DNA of 64,000 bases from Bryobacterales bacterium (GTDB lineage Bacteria > Acidobacteriota > Terriglobia > Bryobacterales > Bryobacteraceae), in assembly GCA_038230275.1 (NCBI GenBank), contig JBBRNO010000015.1, forward strand, positions 17,641 to 81,640, read 5' to 3'. The notes under the pieces were generated by a model. That model saw nothing but the letters and a program-made list of their open reading frames with translations, had not been told where the DNA came from and ran no database searches. Position 1 is the stretch's first letter. Every line of letters starts with the position of its first letter. Of this stretch, positions 58,800 to 64,000 are shown piece by piece. The position numbers and the translations under genes were made by a program.

Positions 58800-60113
58800 A
58801 TGATTCCCCGCTATACGCGGCCCGCCATGGGCCACATTTGGAGTGATGAGAATAAGTACCAGTCGTGGTTGGCGGTAGAGCTTGCTGCCTCGGAGGCGCT
58901 GGCGGAACTGGGAGAGGTACCGGCTGAGGCGGCCAAGGCGCTAAGGACCCACGCGCGGGTGGATGTGGCGCGGATTCAAGGGATTGAGCGTGAGGTGAAG
59001 CACGACGTCATCGCATTTACTACAGCCGTAGCAGAATCGATGGCTGCAGCGGGTGCCGCGGAATCGTCCCGGTGGTTCCATTACGGTTTAACTTCTAATG
59101 ATGTAGTAGATACAGCGCAGGCGCTCCAGATTAAAGCAGCCTCGGCGCTGATTCACCAGGAATTGAGCCGGTTGACGGAGATCCTGAAGCGCCGGGCGGT
59201 GGAATTCCAGCACACAGTGCAGATTGGCCGGACCCACGGAGTCCACGCGGAACCGATCACATTTGGGCTTAAGCTGGCGCTGTGGTATGACGAAATGCGC
59301 CGTAACATCCGGCGGTTTGACGCGGCGGCGGAGGACTTGAGGGTAGGGAAGACCTCCGGTGCGGTGGGCACATTCGCCCACATCGGACCTGCGGCTGAAG
59401 ACTTGATCTGTGCCAAACTGGGATTACAGGCAGCCCCCATTTCCTCGCAGGTTCTGTCGCGCGATTTGCATGCGGCCTATGTCTCTTCGCTCGGGCTGAT
59501 CACGGCGACGCTTGACAAAATCGCGCTTGAAATCAGGCACTTGCAGAGGACCGAAGTGCGTGAGGCGGAAGAACCGTTTGCCGCCGGCCAGAAAGGATCG
59601 TCGGCGATGCCGCACAAAAGGAACCCGGTTACCTGCGAACAGATCTGCGGCTTGGCCCGCGTGGTGCGCGCGAATGTCCAGGCGGCATTTGAAAACATCG
59701 CGCTGTGGCACGAACGGGATATCTCGCACTCTTCAGTGGAGCGTGTCATACTACCCGATTCCACCATTTTGACTGATTATCTGCTGGCCAAGACGTCCTG
59801 GCTGATCGATGGATTGCAGGTGAACGCGGAACGGATGCGGCGAAATCTGGACTCGACGCAAGGATTAGTGTTCTCGGGTCAACTTCTACTCGATTTGTCC
59901 GCCGCCGGGATGTTGCGAGAGGCGGCTTACAAAACGGTACAAACGAAGGCGATGCAGGCGTGGAAAGAGGAATCGGATTTTCGGAAAGCGATTTCCCAGG
60001 ACACGGAAGTGCTGTCTTATCTTTCGCCTGAAAAGATTGCCCAGAGTTTCTCGCTCGACCGGCAACTTCGGAATGTGGACGCGATCTTCGCGCGTGTCTT
60101 CCAGTTAGGTTGA
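58800..60113 (+). CDS. purB: Adenylosuccinate lyase
   Basis: 437 aa with the fumarate-lyase signature GSSAMPHKRNP. Confidence 0.95.
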   Translation: MIPRYTRPAMGHIWSDENKYQSWLAVELAASEALAELGEVPAEAAKALRTHARVDVARIQGIEREVKHDVIAFTTAVAESMAAAGAAESSRWFHYGLTSNDVVDTAQALQIKAASALIHQELSRLTEILKRRAVEFQHTVQIGRTHGVHAEPITFGLKLALWYDEMRRNIRRFDAAAEDLRVGKTSGAVGTFAHIGPAAEDLICAKLGLQAAPISSQVLSRDLHAAYVSSLGLITATLDKIALEIRHLQRTEVREAEEPFAAGQKGSSAMPHKRNPVTCEQICGLARVVRANVQAAFENIALWHERDISHSSVERVILPDSTILTDYLLAKTSWLIDGLQVNAERMRRNLDSTQGLVFSGQLLLDLSAAGMLREAAYKTVQTKAMQAWKEESDFRKAISQDTEVLSYLSPEKIAQSFSLDRQLRNVDAIFARVFQLG

Positions 60114-60133
60114 TATTGGTTCTGTTCTGTAAT

Positions 60134-60343
60134 TCAGGGTTGCGGTCTGGAACGAATCATTCGAAACGCAGACGCGCCTAGAAAGAAGAGCCCGAATGTC
60201 ATGGCGATTCCGATGTCTTCCCGGCTGGGCGATGCTGTATTCAGAGTCAGATGCCCTGGCCAGTAGCGGTCTCGAAATCCAGCGAGCAGAAATACGGCTC
60301 CGGTAACAGCGAGGCAGATGGTAATTCGCGTTTGTCCGCTCAT
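60134..60343 (-). CDS. Small two-TM membrane protein
   Basis: 69 aa with two hydrophobic helices. No motif recognised. Confidence 0.4.
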   Translation of the reverse strand: MSGQTRITICLAVTGAVFLLAGFRDRYWPGHLTLNTASPSREDIGIAMTFGLFFLGASAFRMIRSRPQP

Positions 60344-60525
60344 GGAAATTTGAACGCTGAAATCAAGCTACCCGATTTTGACCATTGCCGCAACTTGAGC
60401 ACTGTACTATGAGTGTAGGTTTCATACCCCGCAAAATGGTGGCTCGTTTTTGACCACTTTGCGTTATGATGAGAAAGTGAGCGGTGAAGCAACGGCCTGC
60501 TCCGAACTCTTCGGGAGAGCACCCA

Positions 60526-60957
60526 ATGATCAAAACTTCGCGCGGTGCCAGCCTCGATCTAGCCAGGGTGCTAGTCGTCGACGACGACCCAACATCTCGA
60601 CTTACGCTTCAGACTGTTTTGGAAGCGGGCGGTTATCATGTGGACGCCGCAGCCACCGCCGCCGAAGCAGTTGGCAAACTGGATCGGGAAGAATACGAGC
60701 TTGTTCTCAGTGACTTACAGATGGAATCGCCGGAAGCGGGGCTGAAGGTGATTGCTCACGCCAAGATGATGGATTACAAGCCTGCCACGGCGATTGTAAC
60801 CACCTATCACAACAACGTCATGCGGCAATCGAACTCTGAGCGGTCCGTTTTGGTGGAACCGGAAGATGTTCCTGGATTGCTGGCCAAAGTCGCCAATCTG
60901 ATCGCCAGCCGGGTGAATCGCCGCTTAAACCGGCAGCTGAAGCACTCCGGCAATTGA
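60526..60957 (+). CDS. Single-domain response regulator (receiver)
   Basis: VLVVDDDPTSR ... LVLSDLQM. Start at the ATG at 60526. Confidence 0.8.
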   Translation: MIKTSRGASLDLARVLVVDDDPTSRLTLQTVLEAGGYHVDAAATAAEAVGKLDREEYELVLSDLQMESPEAGLKVIAHAKMMDYKPATAIVTTYHNNVMRQSNSERSVLVEPEDVPGLLAKVANLIASRVNRRLNRQLKHSGN

Positions 60958-61560
60958 AGCTTCGAATTCGTCGAGCGCGCCCTTGAAGAAGTGGTCATCG
61001 GCTTCCACCCAAATTAACCGTTTCGGCTCCGGCAACCGGTCGAACAGCGCCTGAAATTCCGGCATCGGTCCAAATTGGTCGTTGGTGCTGTGGATGAAAA
61101 TACGATCTTTGGTGCAATCTTCCAGATACGAACGATCGGCATAGACCGTGGGAAAACCCACCGCAATCACGCGGTCGACGTCCGGTAGCGCGCATCCCAG
61201 CCGCAGGACGATCCGCGAACCGAAAGAGAATCCAGCCAGCAAGTAGGGAAGATGAGGATAGCGCTCGCGGAGCCAGGTAAGCGCGGCGCGGGCATCTTCC
61301 AGTTCCCCATTGCCATGGTCGTAGCTACCTTCGCTGAGATTTACGCCGCGGTAGTTGAAGCGGAGCACCACGCATCCGCTATGGCGAAGGCCGCGCGCCA
61401 TGCGGTAGACCACCTTGTTGTGCATGGTGCCGCCGTGGCGCGGGTGCGGATGGCAGACCAGAGCGGCGTATCGGGGCTCCTGGTCCTCCGGCTCTTCGAG
61501 CAGCGCCTCCAGTTTCCCGGCGGGCCCATCGAGCATCAGACTTTCAATCCGGCGGGGCAT
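60925..61560 (-). CDS. Alpha/beta hydrolase
   Basis: LVCHPHPRHGGTMHNKV ... nucleophile elbow GFSFGS. Confidence 0.8.
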   Translation of the reverse strand: MPRRIESLMLDGPAGKLEALLEEPEDQEPRYAALVCHPHPRHGGTMHNKVVYRMARGLRHSGCVVLRFNYRGVNLSEGSYDHGNGELEDARAALTWLRERYPHLPYLLAGFSFGSRIVLRLGCALPDVDRVIAVGFPTVYADRSYLEDCTKDRIFIHSTNDQFGPMPEFQALFDRLPEPKRLIWVEADDHFFKGALDEFEASIAGVLQLPV

Positions 61561-61571
61561 TCAGGCGGGAA

Positions 61572-62072
61572 TCAATTCGTGCGGTAGTTGATAAACTGCA
61601 TGTCGATCCCGAGATCGAAGCCATTCAGCAACTTGATAATCTCTTGCAGGGAGTCGCGATCCTTGCCGCTGACGCGCACCAGATCGCCTTGAATGGAGGC
61701 CTGCACCTTCTTCTTACTATCCTTGATAATCTTGACGATTTCCTTGGCCTTTTCGATGGCGATCCCCTGTGCCAGGGTAATCTCCTGTCGAACGGTGGCC
61801 CCCGAGGCGGGCTGCAGCGGGCCGTAGGTGAGCGCCTTTAACGAGATGCCCCGCTTGACCAGTTTTTGCTGCAGGATCTCAGTGACTGCCTTCAACTTGA
61901 ACTCATCAATACTGGCGAGGGTGATCTTGTGATCCTTCTCATTGAGCGCAATAGAGGATTTCGAATTCTTGAGATCGAAGCGGGTCAGCAGTTCTTTGTC
62001 GGCCTGTTGGATGGCGTTGATCACTTCAGGCATTTCCACTTTCGAGACTATATCGAAGCTGTTGTCAGGCAT
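61572..62072 (-). CDS. yajQ: YajQ family nucleotide (c-di-GMP)-binding protein
   Basis: [35 protein letters not shown].... Confidence 0.9.
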   Translation of the reverse strand: MPDNSFDIVSKVEMPEVINAIQQADKELLTRFDLKNSKSSIALNEKDHKITLASIDEFKLKAVTEILQQKLVKRGISLKALTYGPLQPASGATVRQEITLAQGIAIEKAKEIVKIIKDSKKKVQASIQGDLVRVSGKDRDSLQEIIKLLNGFDLGIDMQFINYRTN

Positions 62073-62075
62073 TGG

Positions 62076-62711
62076 TTAATGACCTAATGCTACCAGAACA
62101 CGCTCAGTAATCTCGTCAATCATTTTAGGAAGCGAGGCTTCGAGGGCCAGAGTGACGGCGGCGCGGACTCTTTCCGCCTCCAGGGTAGGGGCGGCGGAAG
62201 AAACGGGAATTCCCAGCGGTTCCGCTACAACGCGCACCGGTACTGCCGCGGTGGGCACCAGAACCAAGGAAACCAGCGACTGCTGCTTTTCCGCCACGGG
62301 CGGGAAGAATTCCACTGGGGCCGATCTTTCCGCCCGGGCCGCGCTGGCGGCCGCGATGAGCGGACGCACCATCTCAAGCACCACCGAAGACTCAAACGGC
62401 TTCTTGAGAACGCCATCGCACCTAACCACCGCAGCCTGCGCCTCATCGAAGGGTTCCAGCATGCCAGCCGTCAGGATGACCCGGACGTGCTGGTAGCGAA
62501 GCTGCTTTTTCACTTCCTGACAGATTTCGTAGCCGGACCGGCTGGGCAGAGACACGTCGGCAAGCACTAAATCGGGATCCACGTCGGCCAGGCGCATCAG
62601 AGCCGTGTTGCCGTCTGTCACGGTAACCACTTCGAACCCTTCCTCGCGAAGAATACGTTCACCCATGCGCTGGGCGTGCGGACTATCGTCGGCGAGAAGA
62701 ATGCGGCTCAT
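62076..62711 (-). CDS. Response regulator receiver protein with an uncharacterised C-terminal region
   Basis: ILLADDSPHAQR ... LVLADVSLPSRSGYE ... K. Confidence 0.8.
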   Translation of the reverse strand: MSRILLADDSPHAQRMGERILREEGFEVVTVTDGNTALMRLADVDPDLVLADVSLPSRSGYEICQEVKKQLRYQHVRVILTAGMLEPFDEAQAAVVRCDGVLKKPFESSVVLEMVRPLIAAASAARAERSAPVEFFPPVAEKQQSLVSLVLVPTAAVPVRVVAEPLGIPVSSAAPTLEAERVRAAVTLALEASLPKMIDEITERVLVALGH

Positions 62712-62731
62712 ACAGTGTCAGCATAGCGAAA

Positions 62732-64000
62732 CTACTGGCTGGCGGTCTTCTTCTTTTTCGTCTTCTTTTGCGATCCCTGCTTCGATGAATCCCGATTGGT
62801 GGGAAGCGGCGCGGCCGATGAAACTGCAGCGGCCGGCTGCGCGGCGCCTGCCTCGCCTTCGGGCTTGGCCGCGGCATCTTTGGCTGCCGGGTCGGCCGCA
62901 GTGGGGGCGGCGGCTGCATCCGGGGTGGCCGCGGGCGGATTCTGCCGGGCGTCGGGCTTGGTTTCGAGCAAGGTCGGGTCGGTAATGGGAGCCACGGTTA
63001 CATCGCCTGAGAACCCGGTAGCGCCGGTAGCGGCCGGCACCGGCACGCTGGCGGGTACCGTGGGACGGAGGCTGGTCATCGCCGGGGTGCCGGACTTGGC
63101 CGCCTGCCTGACATCGGGACCACGCTTCAGTGGGCCTAAAGCTTTCGAAGTCATTCCCGTTTTGGTCTGATTCTCATTCTCATACTTCATACGGGCGTAG
63201 GCCACTGGGTCCGCCTCGGGAATGGGTATTTCCAGGGTCTGCAATCGCTTCTTTGCATCGTCCACATACGGGCTGAGCGGGTACTCGCGAACCACCCGGG
63301 CAAACGCCTCGCCGCTCTTCTGGCGAAACCGGGTGCCCATTTTCGAGTACGAATCACCCAACAGCATGTTGGCTTCGTCGGCGTTGCTGTAGAGGGGGTA
63401 TTGATCGGTCAGTGCCTGCAGCCGGTTGGCGGCGGCGGGATTGCTGCCCTTGGTGTGATAAAACGTCCCGCGGCGCATTTCGCCTTCGGCAATCACTTCC
63501 TGAATTTCCCGAAGCCGCTGTTGCGCCTCCGGAGCGAATTTGCTGTTGGGGAACTGCACCAGCATGTTACGGCATTCGTCCTCCGCACGCAGGGCGTGGA
63601 GCATGTCGCGGTCGGCCTTTTCCATCTGGCGGTAATGAATCATGCAGACTTTCTGCTGCGCTTCGGCCGATTCCTCCAGAGTGGGGTAGAACAGGATGAA
63701 GTCTTTATACTCGGCTTCTGCCTGGGCCAAGCCGTGCGTGCCGCCTTCGCGGAACCAGCTGTCGGCGTAGGCCAGTTTCGCCTTCGCCAGGTATTCACTG
63801 GTGTCGTAGGTGTTCATCAACGTTTGCAAGGTAAGGCGCGCCACTTCATAGCGGCTGCGCTCCATGTCGTTAATGGCTTTGTCGAACAGCACTTTGTCAG
63901 GCTGCTGGGTATCCTTGGTAATGGGGTTCTCGTATTTCTTGCGTTTGAATCCGCAGGAACTAATGAGCGCACAGAGAACCGAAAGCGCGAGGAGACGGAG
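62732..64000 (-). CDS. bamD: Outer membrane protein assembly factor BamD-like lipoprotein with a long Ala/Pro/Lys-rich tail; the start lies beyond the right edge
   Basis: TPR-like BamD core (YEVARLTLQTLMNTYDTSEYLAKAKLAYADSWF...). My own translation of 64000-63893 stays open and shows the lipobox LISSCGF. The tail ends ...SKQGSQKKTKKKKTASQ. Confidence 0.8.
   Translation of the reverse strand, partial: LRLLALSVLCALISSCGFKRKKYENPITKDTQQPDKVLFDKAINDMERSRYEVARLTLQTLMNTYDTSEYLAKAKLAYADSWFREGGTHGLAQAEAEYKDFILFYPTLEESAEAQQKVCMIHYRQMEKADRDMLHALRAEDECRNMLVQFPNSKFAPEAQQRLREIQEVIAEGEMRRGTFYHTKGSNPAAANRLQALTDQYPLYSNADEANMLLGDSYSKMGTRFRQKSGEAFARVVREYPLSPYVDDAKKRLQTLEIPIPEADPVAYARMKYENENQTKTGMTSKALGPLKRGPDVRQAAKSGTPAMTSLRPTVPASVPVPAATGATGFSGDVTVAPITDPTLLETKPDARQNPPAATPDAAAAPTAADPAAKDAAAKPEGEAGAAQPAAAVSSAAPLPTNRDSSKQGSQKKTKKKKTASQ

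Overview
64 kb chromosomal segment. GC is high: my spot counts of single 60-nt lines give about 58-67% in core genes. It probably comes from an Acidobacteriota-type soil bacterium. That is an inference from the gene families present: a cohesin-tailed secretin, a Kgd/OdhA-type fused 2-oxoglutarate dehydrogenase, the C-terminal motif of a carboxypeptidase-regulatory-like TonB receptor, and REP palindromes that read as 'DREGV' when translated. No homology search was possible, so all calls rest on motifs I read in the supplied translations or in my own translations.

I support about 70 protein-coding genes. I found no rRNA, tRNA, tmRNA or CRISPR array. The core genes are:
- pepA (partial), smpB, prfB (with the canonical +1 frameshift site CTT TGA C at 18240-18246), and a Sua5/TsaC-family gene
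- split methylmalonyl-CoA mutase plus a PduO-type adenosyltransferase
- a kgd-type gene, transaldolase, glmS, purS, purB, yajQ, and bamD (partial)
- a hybrid sensor kinase, a fatty-acid desaturase, and a polyprenyl-phosphate sugar transferase

Interspersed with these are accessory or decayed loci:
1. A lower-GC islet at 4.3-6.4 kb. It holds a dead tyrosine-recombinase N-terminus and an orphan two-gene cassette of unknown function. This is my best candidate for an undescribed defence or addiction module.
2. A 1.8 kb islet carrying a BrnT/BrnA pair, wedged between the B12-dependent mutase and its adenosyltransferase.
3. A VapBC pair.
4. A run of damaged genes at 29.1-33.0 kb: a TonB-receptor C-terminal stump, a pentahaem cytochrome with one in-frame TAG, and a phosphodiesterase with three frame changes.
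5. A 152-bp hairpin-rich, MITE-like element that precisely splits a GMC oxidoreductase.
6. A HEAT-repeat gene that replaces all but 51 codons of an NAD(P)-binding gene.

Two tightly coupled operons of unclear function also stand out. One consists of two tiny membrane proteins, a ferric-reductase/Rieske fusion and a Cys-rich anchored protein; it sits inside an 8-gene array that also contains an OlsF-like bifunctional acyltransferase. The other is DinB, an NRDE-family protein and a DedA::ATP-grasp fusion.
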